From Candidatus Berkelbacteria bacterium CG10_big_fil_rev_8_21_14_0_10_43_13 (GTDB lineage: Bacteria; Patescibacteriota; UBA1384; XYA2-FULL-43-10; 1-14-0-10-43-13), in contig PEZW01000028.1 of the NCBI GenBank assembly GCA_002773985.1, forward strand, positions 1 through 41,519: a DNA stretch of 41,519 nt. The letters are read 5' to 3'. Below are positions 10,413 through 19,016 of this stretch, piece by piece. Position numbers and translations under genes: made by a program. Below the pieces are notes generated by a model, which worked only from the letters and a program-made list of their open reading frames with translations, was not told where the DNA came from and did not search any database. How positions within the stretch are numbered: position 1 is the first letter of the stretch; each line of letters starts with the position of its first letter.

Positions 10413-12359
10413 TTAAACTTCGATAACCACTGGTATGACCATCGGTTTGCGTTCGGTTTCTTTGAACAAGAAGTCAGATAATTCATCGCGTAGTTTTTGT
10501 TTGACTGTGCCAAAGTCAGCTTTGGCACTACCTGCACTCTTGGTCAGATATTTGGCAAAAATTTTCTTGACTTCAGCTCTAGCCTTGTGAACTAGATCCT
10601 CGCTCTCGCGCATATAGATAAAACCGCGGGAGATAATATCGGGTGAAGTCAGAACCTGATTGGTCTGGTGATCGACAGTGACAATGACGACGAAAATTCC
10701 TTCCTCGGCCATCGCCTTGCGATCGCGTAGAACGATATTGCCGACATCACCAACACCAAGACCATCAACCATGACATAGGCCGCCGGAACTCGTTTGTTG
10801 GTCACTTCGCCATGACCTTTACTAAATTCCATCACCTGACCATCATCGCCGACAAGACAGTGATTTTCATCAACAATTCCCATCTCTCGAGCGATACGGC
10901 AGTGCATCATCAATTTATGACGCTCACCGTGAATCGGGATGAGATATTTCGGACGGATCAAGGCTAGCATTAATTTAATGTCTTCCTGATTGGCGTGACC
11001 AGAGGTATGGACATCCATCAATTTCTGATAAATGACCTGAGCACCTGCACGAAAGAGATTATCCATGACATGTGAAACCGATCTTTCGTTGCCTGGAATT
11101 GGTGATGAAGACAGGATAACAAGGTCACCGCGTTTCATCTTGACTTGGCGATGTTCGCCGTTGGCGATTCTCGTCAGTGCGGCATTGTCCTCACCCTGAG
11201 AACCGGTACAGACGATGACAATTTTATCATCAGAATATTTATTGAGATCCTTGGCATCGATAATTGTGTCTTTTGGTACGACTAAGGCCTCAAGAGAAAT
11301 GGCGATTTCGACAGTCGTCAGCATACTGCGACCGACAAAACAAATCTTGCGGTTTAGTTTTTTCGAGACATTTAAGATCTGCTGGATGCGTGAGATTAGT
11401 GTCGAAAATGTTGAGACAAAAATACGTTGATTGGCATTTTCCATAATAGAGAGCAGAGATCTTTCGATTTCTCTTTCAGAGATTGAAACGCCTGCTTTTT
11501 CGATGTTGGTCGACTCAGAAAGCATCACTAGTGGCTTCTTGGCACCGATCATCGCCAAAGCTGAAAAGTCAGCTGGTTTGCCATCGGCCGGTGTATGATC
11601 AAATTTATAGTCACCTGTGTGGACGACTATACCCTCAGGAGTGTCGATTTCGATCCCCATCGCCTGTGGAATACTGTGTGTCAGACGAAAAGTCGAGATC
11701 TTGAAGACACCCTGCTGGATGACATCCTCGCCAATTTTAATCGGTGAGAGTTTGGCGGTTTTATCAAGACCAAATTCTTCGAGCTTGCTCTTGATAATGC
11801 CCAGACTCAATGGCGAACCATAGATAGTTGGCGAACCGATCTTTTCGTAGATATAAGGAATCGCGCCAATGTGATCAAGGTGGGCGTGAGTAATCCAGAG
11901 TCCACGGATTTTTTGCTTGTTCTGTTCGAGATATGTAACGTCGGGCAGAACATAGTCAACGCCCGGCATTGTTTCGTCTGGGAACATAAAACCCATATCG
12001 ACGACGACAATGTCGTTTTTGTATTCGAAAACAGTCGAGTTCTTACCACCTGTCTCCTCGACACCACCAAGCGGGATGATTTTTAATTTTGGTTCGTAAA
12101 AAAACTTCGACTGTTTTTGTGGATTGACCGATTGAGCCGTATAGCGAGGCTCTTCCTGCTTTGTTCTATTGTCTGGTTTCTGACCCATCCTGTCATTTGG
12201 CAGAGCACGGTTTTTGAGTTTTGATCTAGGAGAGAAACGAGTGTTGACAGCATCGTTTTTCAACGCGTTATCTAGTAACTTGCTCCGACTTGTCCCGCGA
12301 AGCCCATTGGGCGAAGTAGGATCAGAACCGGAATGTTTAGTTTGTGTTTGTTCGTTCAT
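10413..12359 (-). CDS. rnj: Ribonuclease J with disordered N-terminal extension
   Basis: IPLGGVEE.G.N, THAHLDHIGA, HTGDYK, SESTN, GSQGE, HTSGHA, PIHGE; start set at MNEQ. Confidence 0.96.
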   Translation of the reverse strand: MNEQTQTKHSGSDPTSPNGLRGTSRSKLLDNALKNDAVNTRFSPRSKLKNRALPNDRMGQKPDNRTKQEEPRYTAQSVNPQKQSKFFYEPKLKIIPLGGVEETGGKNSTVFEYKNDIVVVDMGFMFPDETMPGVDYVLPDVTYLEQNKQKIRGLWITHAHLDHIGAIPYIYEKIGSPTIYGSPLSLGIIKSKLEEFGLDKTAKLSPIKIGEDVIQQGVFKISTFRLTHSIPQAMGIEIDTPEGIVVHTGDYKFDHTPADGKPADFSALAMIGAKKPLVMLSESTNIEKAGVSISEREIERSLLSIMENANQRIFVSTFSTLISRIQQILNVSKKLNRKICFVGRSMLTTVEIAISLEALVVPKDTIIDAKDLNKYSDDKIVIVCTGSQGEDNAALTRIANGEHRQVKMKRGDLVILSSSPIPGNERSVSHVMDNLFRAGAQVIYQKLMDVHTSGHANQEDIKLMLALIRPKYLIPIHGERHKLMMHCRIAREMGIVDENHCLVGDDGQVMEFSKGHGEVTNKRVPAAYVMVDGLGVGDVGNIVLRDRKAMAEEGIFVVIVTVDHQTNQVLTSPDIISRGFIYMRESEDLVHKARAEVKKIFAKYLTKSAGSAKADFGTVKQKLRDELSDFLFKETERKPMVIPVVIEV

Positions 12360-12366
12360 TGTACTA

Positions 12367-12440
12367 GAATACTGAATCATGAATACTGAATCATGGAGTT
12401 TAAAATCCATAATTCATAATTCTTTATTCATAATTCAAAT
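12367..12440. repeat. Heptamer array (GAATMMT) plus inverse array (ATTCATA-like)
   Basis: gaatact gaatcat gaatact gaatcat ... ataattc ataattc tttattc ataattc. Confidence 0.8.
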
Positions 12441-13091
12441 TAGCCTTTCTTGTTTTAAATTAATAGTTTCTTTCTTGAAGCCTTTATCGGCTTCGTTAAT
12501 TTTTTTTATAATTGTGGGGATTTTTTGGAAATCGCCCATCAGTGTTGATCTGAGCCCTCCATTGTGTAGCGCCGCAGCGGGATGATATAGCGGTAAATAA
12601 ATGATACCGTTCGGACGCTTCAAAGCGTGCCCATGAATCGTCGAGATACTTGGCTGTCCCGGTAGCATCGAGGCAGTGGCGTGGCGGCCGAGGCAGACAA
12701 TAATTTTCGGCTTGATTAATTCAATTTGTCGCTCCAGATATGGCCGGCAGATTTTTTTCTCGTCGTCCTCCGGATCACGATTTTCCGGCGGTCGGCATTT
12801 GACTGTATTAGTGATGAAAACTTTGCTTCGGTCCAGATCGATCGACTCGAGCATACTATCGAGAAATTTACCCGAAGCGCCACAAAACGGAATTCCCTGC
12901 TCATCTTCACTTGCTCCCGGACCCTCACCGATAAACATTATCTCGGCGTCATAGCTTCCCTCACCTGGCACTGCATTTGTTCGCGTCTTGGACAAACGAC
13001 AAAGAGTGCAAGATAAAACTTTATCTCTGATCTCACTTGCAGTGAGCCTGTCGAACCTGTCGAATTCAGCTTTTCGCTCTTTTTCATCCAT
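12435..13091 (-). CDS. Uracil-DNA glycosylase family 4 (Fe-S)
   Basis: CTLC, IGEGPG..ED..G.PF.G.SG, NTVKCRPPENRDP, YHPAAALH. Confidence 0.95.
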   Translation of the reverse strand: MDEKERKAEFDRFDRLTASEIRDKVLSCTLCRLSKTRTNAVPGEGSYDAEIMFIGEGPGASEDEQGIPFCGASGKFLDSMLESIDLDRSKVFITNTVKCRPPENRDPEDDEKKICRPYLERQIELIKPKIIVCLGRHATASMLPGQPSISTIHGHALKRPNGIIYLPLYHPAAALHNGGLRSTLMGDFQKIPTIIKKINEADKGFKKETINLKQERLI

Positions 13092-13190
13092 CTAGTATAC
13101 AAATAAGAAAATAGTACTAAATAAAAAATGCACTAAAACCGCATTAGAAAACATAGAACTGCTGAGATCACTCCCTCACAAGTTGCATCT

Positions 13191-13219
13191 AACATATCAT
13201 ATCGAGATTTGTTTGTCAA
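13191..13219 (-). promoter_or_regulatory. Sigma70-type promoter upstream of udg
   Basis: Minus strand TTGACA-17 nt-TATGTT with extended TG. Confidence 0.6.
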
Positions 13220-13241
13220 TGGAAAGTTTTGTAATCACCCA

Positions 13242-13368
13242 CTGTCATTGCGAGCCATTGGGTACTTCCAAGGCGCGGCAATCCTTCGACTTCGCTCAGG
13301 ACAGGTTCTATCATGACAGATTGCCGCGCCTTGATTACAAGTCACAAATCAATGGCTCGCAATGACAG
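13242..13368. repeat. GTCA-type palindromic (REP/MITE-like) element with nested TTCGAC/GCTCAGG element
   Basis: ctgtcattgcgagccattg / caatggctcgcaatgacag arms; aaggcgcggcaatc / gattgccgcgcctt arms; internal ccttcgacttcgctcaggacagg. Confidence 0.9.
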
Positions 13369-13474
13369 CACAGTGAGTGGCTACCGACCGCCAATTTCAA
13401 TTACAACAAGAGAAGTGTCCTCTAAACCCAGCAAAATCGCTTGATAAATCAATGTGATATGCGATAATACTGTT

Positions 13475-15009
13475 ATGGAAAATGAATTTGAATCACAATT
13501 TTTACCAGAACATGAAGCTAGAAAAGCAGAATTGCTGGTAACAGAAAAGACAAAAATAGGAATTTTAATCGATTTGCGAAACTGGACCAAAGAAAATAGT
13601 TTTCTTTCTCTCGACGATTTCGAAAAGCTTATCACCGAAAAAAGACAGTCTGTCTTGGCTCTTTGGGACACCAATTTTAAAGAGAAATACAACTCTTATA
13701 AATCTTTAGTAGACGAGCTGTATAAAAATATCGAACAAGCCGATGAATTATGCGAATCAGAAGCCCCTCTAGACACTGAAACGTTCGATGCATTAGAAGA
13801 AAGACGAAAAAACTTAGATGAATCGATTTATTCAATGCAAGATCCAGATATCACCTTCATGGGGGAAATTGACCGTTTTGTTAAAACTATGGTCACAAAA
13901 AAGAGGCAAGTAGCTGAGCTTGAACAGATAGATAATTCAAGTGAATTATTTTGGGCAAAAATTTCAGAAATTACAAGCATTAATTTTGACGATGTCAATA
14001 CTGATTTAGCGACTATCGAAAGTTCGGGTCATTGTATAAATATTATTTTGCCAGCAAATGAATACCGAAAAATCTTTCATGACCGAAGCGTTGGTACGCA
14101 CCAAGCTAATTCTGCAGTTAGCTTTATAATTCTGGGAGAGGACCAAAACGCTACAATTTCGCATGAAAATAATCACAATCTTTCTGACTCATTTACTCCC
14201 TGTCCATTGGATGATGAGATGATGATAAAATGGATTGCTAGAAGAATAGAAATAATGAAGAAAAAAAAGGGACAGAAGAGTATGATTATCTCCAACAACG
14301 TAACATCAAAAATATCAAGCGCAGTTTTTCAGAATTATTCGGTGAATTAGTCGCAGATTTTGATCAGCAGCCAGGAAGATCGACTGTACACACATTAATA
14401 CACTATGCATTAACATCTTTTGACAGCATCACAAATTTTGTTAAGACCATAAGGGACGAAGAAATAAAATCAGAGCTAATTGAAGCACTAGAGAAACTCA
14501 AGGAAACAATCTGTAAAAACCTGTCTATTCTGGAAAAAATACTATTTTTTAGCGATATAATGGAGAACCGCGAAGAAGTCCAAGCAGCACTTATACTTCA
14601 TGGACCTGATGGATACAGAAAGACGGAGCGCTACCTGGTAAATACTTATGGCGCGGATCTATACAATTCTATCGATATGATGCGCCCTCCCGTTCTGTCT
14701 CGAATTACCGGTACAGGCGAAGCTGTAAGCCAAAGTTACTTTTCTCAACTCAATTTACATCCTGACGATCATCTGATGTTGTACATGTATAGATTGCGAT
14801 TGCCTTCTCAACAAATAAAAGAAAAAATATTTTTATACGAGAAAGAGATGTTGCGTAAAACAAGAAGTCTCAAAAAAATAAAAGGGATTATCAAAAATCT
14901 GATCAAAAGTGGCAACATTGAGATCCTAGAAAATCTTGCCGAGGTATCCCAAAATCAAAAAATGAAAGACCTAATTCTAGATTCTTTGGCTGGTGTGCAA
15001 CGAAAATAG
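13475..15009 (+). CDS. Hypothetical ~510-aa protein with HExxH motif, interrupted by a -1 frameshift at an A8 tract
   Basis: ORF 13475-14350 contains SHENNH; the -1 frame is stop-free from about 14270 into ORF 14560-15009. Confidence 0.65.
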
Positions 15010-15044
15010 TGGATAGACTCAAGAGATCGTCACCGATATAAATT

Positions 15045-16040
15045 TTACTTCGCTTCGTTGATCGTCTTGCCAGCGAGAAAAGCCGCAATGTTTTCTTTGG
15101 TTGTATTCATAATTCTTTGCAGTGCTTCTTTCGAATTAAAGGCGTTGTGTGGCGTGACAATCACCTTGGGATTCTTTAGCAAAATATTGTTTGCCATATC
15201 AATCGTTGCCTGAACCCGCGAGAATTTCTTGGACAATAATTGCCACTCTTCTTTAATATCACTTTCGCCTTCGAGAACATCGATACCGACACCAGCCAAA
15301 GTGCCATCTTGCAAAGCCGAGACCAGCGCCGTCGTTTCGACTAGACCACCGCGAGCAGTATTGATCAGATAGGCACCCTTTTTTATCTTGCCAATATTTT
15401 TAGCTGAGATCAGGTAACGAGTCTTTTCGTTTAATGGCAAGTGAAGCGTTATAATATCAGATTTAGACAATAGATCATCAAGATCGACATAATCCAAGCT
15501 GAAGTGATCGATCAAATCATTGTTGGGAAACGGATCATAAGCGATCGGGCGCATCTCGAAGCCATGAGCCATGCGGACGACGTGACTACCGATCTTGCCG
15601 GTGCCGACGACGCCGATGGTTTTGCCTTTCAGATCGAAACCGCGCAATTGGCTCAAGTCAAAATTACCGAGCCTTGTCTGATTGGCACTCTCGACGATCT
15701 TGCGCGACAAAGCCAAAATCAATGCAAAAGTATGCTCAGCAACTGTATTTTCACCGTACGACGGCACGTTTGAGACAACAATATTGCGTTTTTTGCACTC
15801 AGCGATGTCAATATGATCATAGCCGGTCGAGCGAGTGGCAATGAATTTTAGGTTTGGCAATTTATCAAGAGTTTTAGCGTCTACTTTGGAGTAAATAAAA
15901 ACCGAGACGATTTCGGCGTCGATTTTCTGATCCAGCTCATCGGTCAGCGGTTCATCGACAAAAGACAATTCTTGATCGGCTAATTCTTTTTGAAAATATT
16001 TCTTTTCCCATTCCTCGAGCTCAAAAAAGGCAATTTTCAT
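15045..16040 (-). CDS. D-2-hydroxyacid (D-lactate-type) dehydrogenase
   Basis: TRSTGYDHID, VAEHTFAL, GVVGTGKIG, INTARGGLV, DVLEGE, TPHNAF. Confidence 0.93.
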   Translation of the reverse strand: MKIAFFELEEWEKKYFQKELADQELSFVDEPLTDELDQKIDAEIVSVFIYSKVDAKTLDKLPNLKFIATRSTGYDHIDIAECKKRNIVVSNVPSYGENTVAEHTFALILALSRKIVESANQTRLGNFDLSQLRGFDLKGKTIGVVGTGKIGSHVVRMAHGFEMRPIAYDPFPNNDLIDHFSLDYVDLDDLLSKSDIITLHLPLNEKTRYLISAKNIGKIKKGAYLINTARGGLVETTALVSALQDGTLAGVGIDVLEGESDIKEEWQLLSKKFSRVQATIDMANNILLKNPKVIVTPHNAFNSKEALQRIMNTTKENIAAFLAGKTINEAK

Positions 16041-16131
16041 TTTTACTCCAAAATAATTGTTTGTTAATCAGATTATAGTGTAATTGGAAAATTATGCAAA
16101 GTTTTAAATTTTCAGTCATAAAACGAAGGAA

Positions 16132-16175
16132 GCCCTCCGGTGCAATCGCGTGTGTAGCGCGATGCTCCGAAGGGC
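16132..16175 (-). terminator. Long GC hairpin 3' of the small orphan ORF
   Basis: GCCCUUCGG/CCGGAGGGC outer stem and AUCGCG/CGCGAU inner stem; weak U-tract. Confidence 0.6.
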
Positions 16176-16208
16176 AACCGGTTCTTGCTGGCCCGGGCGG
16201 GGGCGAGG

Positions 16209-16418
16209 CTAGCCGAAATCGAGGTGATATGACCTCTCCTCTCCGTCCTTGGTGAGCATCACCCCCCTCGAAGTGTTCTCGCTCGGCTTCTCCAGCCGGC
16301 AGAGTTCCGAGGTGCCCTTGCCGCGACCCCCACAAGTCTCAGCAACAGAGCAACCCCTTTCACAGGGGAGGTCGACCGTCGGCGCAGGACCCCCCGACAG
16401 TGCATGACAACCCGCCAT
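16209..16418 (-). CDS. Small Cys-containing hypothetical protein (69 aa, GC-rich cassette)
   Basis: GGGAGA RBS before the ATG; upstream TTGACT-17-TATAAG promoter (16458-16486); downstream hairpin. Confidence 0.55.
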   Translation of the reverse strand: MAGCHALSGGPAPTVDLPCERGCSVAETCGGRGKGTSELCRLEKPSENTSRGVMLTKDGEERSYHLDFG

Positions 16419-16534
16419 TTCAAATTCTCCCACCAGCACATTGCTGGTATGCCTAAACTTATACAACAAAAACATTGCCCAGTCAATTGAATTTATTTTT
16501 TCTTTCTGGTACGTTGTGCTTAGTTGACACGGAG

Positions 16535-16600
16535 TGTCATCCCGCACTTGATGCGGGATCTTATTAAATTGAAAGATTCCCGATCAAGTCGGGAATGACA
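16535..16600. repeat. GTCA-type palindromic doublet
   Basis: tgtcatcccgcacttgatgcgggatc ... gattcccgatcaagtcgggaatgaca. Confidence 0.9.
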
Positions 16601-16613
16601 GAACTAAAAAAAT

Positions 16614-16724
16614 ATGAGTTTAAAGATAGGCATCGTCGGATTGCCAAACGTCGGCCCCACTTCGCTAAAGCTACGCGGGGCGAGTCTGCTGAAAGTAATA
16701 TTTGGAGAGTCGAATGTCACTTAA
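16614..16724 (+). pseudogene. Duplicated ychF 5' fragment interrupted by a palindrome (36-codon uORF)
   Basis: Translates MSLKIGIVGLPNVG-PTSLKLRGAS-LLKVIFGESNVT*; the first 14 aa differ from the YchF start at one position. Confidence 0.85.
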
Positions 16725-17871
16725 AATTGCAATAGTTGGGCTTCCAAACGTCGGCAAGTCGACTTTATTCAACGCCCTAGTCAAAGGTTCGAAAGCAGAA
16801 GCTGCCAATTATCCCTTTTGCACTATCGAACCAAACACTGGTATTGTCGAAGTGCCGGACGAACGCCTCGCTCCGCTCGGCGAAATTTCACATTCAAAAA
16901 AAATAATCCCGGCTGTCGTCGAGTTTATCGACATCGCCGGGCTGGTTCGTGGCGCGTCCAAGGGTGAAGGTCTTGGCAATAAATTCCTCGCCCACATCCG
17001 CGAGTGCGACGCTATCGGCATGGTCGTCCGTTTTTTCGAAGACGGCAATGTCACCCATGTCGAGAATAAGATTGACCCGGAGGCTGACATCGCTACTATC
17101 GAAACTGAATTGCAATTAGCCGATATCACCACCGTCGACAAACGGCTTTTTTCGATCGAAAAGGAGCTGAAATCTGGTAGCGCCGAATCAAAATACGCTC
17201 ACTCCGGTTTGCAAAAAATAAAAGATAAATTATACGCCGGCGAGAACGCCCGCGAAGCCGATCTTGACGACTCTGAGCAAGATGCACTCAAAGGCTTGAA
17301 CTTGATGACGCAAAAACCGATTCTCTATATTGCCAACGTTTCAGAAGAACAGTTGAGCAATCCCGCTACTGTCATTCCTGCGAAAGCAGGAATCCAGGAC
17401 TCGCCACATAGATCCCCGGGCACCACTCTCAAGAACACCGCTGGTCCCGAGGATGACAACAAAAAGAATGACAATTTCGTGCCGATTTCGGCTAAAATTG
17501 AAGCTGAATTGAATGAATTGACCGACTCAGAAAAGGCCGAATACCTCGAAACTCTAGGTATTAAGAATACTGGCTTAAACGAACTGATAAAAGAAGCTTA
17601 TAAAACACTCGGGCTCATCACCTACTTCACCTCCGGCGAAAAGGAGACTCGCGCTTGGACGATACGCAAGGGAGATACTGCACCAATTGCCGCCGGCGCG
17701 ATTCACACCGATTTTACCAAGGGCTTCATCGCCGCTGAGATCGTCCAATGGGCTGATTTCTACGCCCAGGGCGGCTGGACCGGCGCCAAAACTCACGGCC
17801 TTGTCCGAACTGAGGGCAAGACCTATGTAGTGAAAGATGGGGACACAATTATTTTCAAGTTCAATAACTAG
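16714..17871 (+). CDS. ychF: Redox-regulated ATPase YchF (Obg family) with in-frame palindromic insertion
   Basis: GLPNVGKST, ANYPFCTIEPN, DIAGLVRGASKGEGLGNKFL, TGS domain (AGAIHTDF, EGKTYVVKDGD). Confidence 0.98.
   Translation: MSLKIAIVGLPNVGKSTLFNALVKGSKAEAANYPFCTIEPNTGIVEVPDERLAPLGEISHSKKIIPAVVEFIDIAGLVRGASKGEGLGNKFLAHIRECDAIGMVVRFFEDGNVTHVENKIDPEADIATIETELQLADITTVDKRLFSIEKELKSGSAESKYAHSGLQKIKDKLYAGENAREADLDDSEQDALKGLNLMTQKPILYIANVSEEQLSNPATVIPAKAGIQDSPHRSPGTTLKNTAGPEDDNKKNDNFVPISAKIEAELNELTDSEKAEYLETLGIKNTGLNELIKEAYKTLGLITYFTSGEKETRAWTIRKGDTAPIAAGAIHTDFTKGFIAAEIVQWADFYAQGGWTGAKTHGLVRTEGKTYVVKDGDTIIFKFNN
17370..17458. repeat. GTCA-type palindromic element inserted in frame in ychF
   Basis: tgtcattcctgcgaaagcaggaatcc ... 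gatccccggg ... cccgaggatgaca, encoding VIPAKAGIQDS...GPEDD. Confidence 0.88.
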
Positions 17872-17991
17872 GCTCGCCAAATCCGCCAACTGGCGGAGGC
17901 GATGTGATCATCTTTCGTTTCAATAACTAAACTATCTTGCGAAATATTGAAATCGTGCTAATATACAAGTCAATGCGACGGGGGGGCGTCG

Positions 17992-18135
17992 ATGCGTTTT
18001 TTGGGTCCGATCTGGCCGCTGTGGCTGGCATCCGCTGCCGCAGTGGTTGTTTTATGGCTCATCATCGTGGCAAATCGACTACTTACAAAGCCGACAACCA
18101 CCGATGACACTACTGCTGACCAAATGGGAGGCTGA
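17992..18135 (+). CDS. Small single-TM protein (47 aa)
   Basis: MRFLGPIWPLWLASAAAVVVLWLIIVANRLLTK...; G-rich RBS; promoter TTGCGA...TGCTAATAT upstream; below the ORF-track length cutoff. Confidence 0.65.
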   Translation: MRFLGPIWPLWLASAAAVVVLWLIIVANRLLTKPTTTDDTTADQMGG

Positions 18136-18137
18136 GG

Positions 18138-18278
18138 ATGAAGCATCTCACACTGGTTGCACTGGCTGGCTGGGCGCTGGCAATCAGGCTGACGGTAGCG
18201 TACTTCAGACTGAAACGTCAGCTGGTTCGCGCTCGAGACATGCTCGACACCGCCAGAATCCTCGCTGACCCGCATTGA
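18138..18278 (+). CDS. Small single-TM protein (46 aa)
   Basis: MKHLTLVALAGWALAIRLTVAYFRLKRQ...; GGAGG RBS; 2 nt after the previous stop. Confidence 0.65.
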   Translation: MKHLTLVALAGWALAIRLTVAYFRLKRQLVRARDMLDTARILADPH

Positions 18279-18299
18279 CACGGAGGAGGAACTGAGACC

Positions 18300-18545
18300 A
18301 TGGTACTGTGGTATTACGTCATCGTCGGAGTGATGATCGGCGTTGTCGTCGGAGCGATCGTCACCTACACTCTCGAGAAGGCGACGTTGAAGGTCTATCG
18401 TCGTCGCGATCACGAGCTGAGAGCAGAGACCATTGGTCTCGAGATTCAGCTTAAGGTAGCACAGGAAGAGGCCGAGCGGTACAAAGCGTGGACCAGGCTG
18501 CACGAAGTGTCTGGTGGGGTGGACCGAGGCGACAAGCCATTCTGA
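18300..18545 (+). CDS. Small single-TM/coiled-coil protein (81 aa)
   Basis: N-terminal hydrophobic helix followed by a charged helix; GGAGGAGG RBS. Confidence 0.75.
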   Translation: MVLWYYVIVGVMIGVVVGAIVTYTLEKATLKVYRRRDHELRAETIGLEIQLKVAQEEAERYKAWTRLHEVSGGVDRGDKPF

Positions 18546-18559
18546 ACCCAAACAATCCC

Positions 18560-18590
18560 GGAGCCGTTGTGGCACTCGCCCAGCGGCTCC
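18560..18590 (+). terminator. GC hairpin closing the first mini-operon (no U-tract)
   Basis: GGAGCCGUUG/CAGCGGCUCC stem. Confidence 0.6.
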
Positions 18591-18662
18591 AAGGAGACTT
18601 AAATTATTTCATTTAAATATACAAAAGTGCTATATTGACCAGAGAGACTAGGAGGCTCGTCT

Positions 18663-18779
18663 ATGCTAATTGTGCTCAAGTGGCTAGGAGGGCTGGCTCT
18701 CCTCGTCATTGGCATCATCGGACTGTTCGCCCTGAACCATTTCTTGGCGAATATGTCGCAAAACGACAGCGCACGCTAG
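18663..18779 (+). CDS. Small single-TM protein (38 aa)
   Basis: MLIVLKWLGGLALLVIGIIGLFALNHFLAN...; AGGAGG RBS; TGCTATATT extended -10 upstream. Confidence 0.68.
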   Translation: MLIVLKWLGGLALLVIGIIGLFALNHFLANMSQNDSAR

Positions 18780-18787
18780 GAGTAGAG

Positions 18788-18952
18788 ATGGAAAAGCTAG
18801 GTTTTCTGCTCGGAGCAGCACTGGTGCTGTTCGTTACGATGGTTGTGATCATCCGTCGCGGTCACCACAACGAGCAGTCGCACCGCGCCACACGACTGAC
18901 GATGGGGGCACCGAAGCCTCGACCGACCAAGCCAAGAGAAAAAGACGCTTGA
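18788..18952 (+). CDS. Small single-TM protein with basic tail (54 aa)
   Basis: MEKLGFLLGAALVLFVTMVVIIRRG...; AGGAG RBS overlapping the previous stop. Confidence 0.7.
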   Translation: MEKLGFLLGAALVLFVTMVVIIRRGHHNEQSHRATRLTMGAPKPRPTKPREKDA

Positions 18953-18981
18953 ACAACGGCTGTCATCGCCCGCTACTGCCC

Positions 18982-19016
18982 GGAGGCTGACGTGCCATCG
19001 TGCATCGTCAGCCTCC
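18982..19016 (+). terminator. GC hairpin closing the second mini-operon (no U-tract)
   Basis: GGAGGCUGACG/CGUCAGCCUCC perfect 11-bp stem. Confidence 0.65.

Noticed and set aside
13183-13365. Short ORFs over palindromic elements (also 10173-10383, 22944-23258, 24643-24840)
   Set aside because: They are translations of repeat DNA (e.g. HCEP, FDFAQD, REYPCD) without independent coding evidence.
16130-16450. tRNA, tmRNA, RNase P or SRP RNA in the GC-rich stretch
   Set aside because: No cloverleaf/TTCGA T-arm with acceptor stem or other hallmark motifs; an SD-led ORF plus hairpin explains it better, though an ncRNA is not excluded without cmscan.
17370-17458. Intron or intein in ychF
   Set aside because: Only ~90 nt, with no intein terminal residues or group I/II core; it matches the intergenic palindrome family.
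17970-18575. 201-aa minus-strand ORF, plus ORFs 18047-18268 and the 5' part of 18635-18952
   Set aside because: No SD; explained as shadows of the plus-strand small TM ORFs, which have SDs, a promoter and a 3' hairpin.
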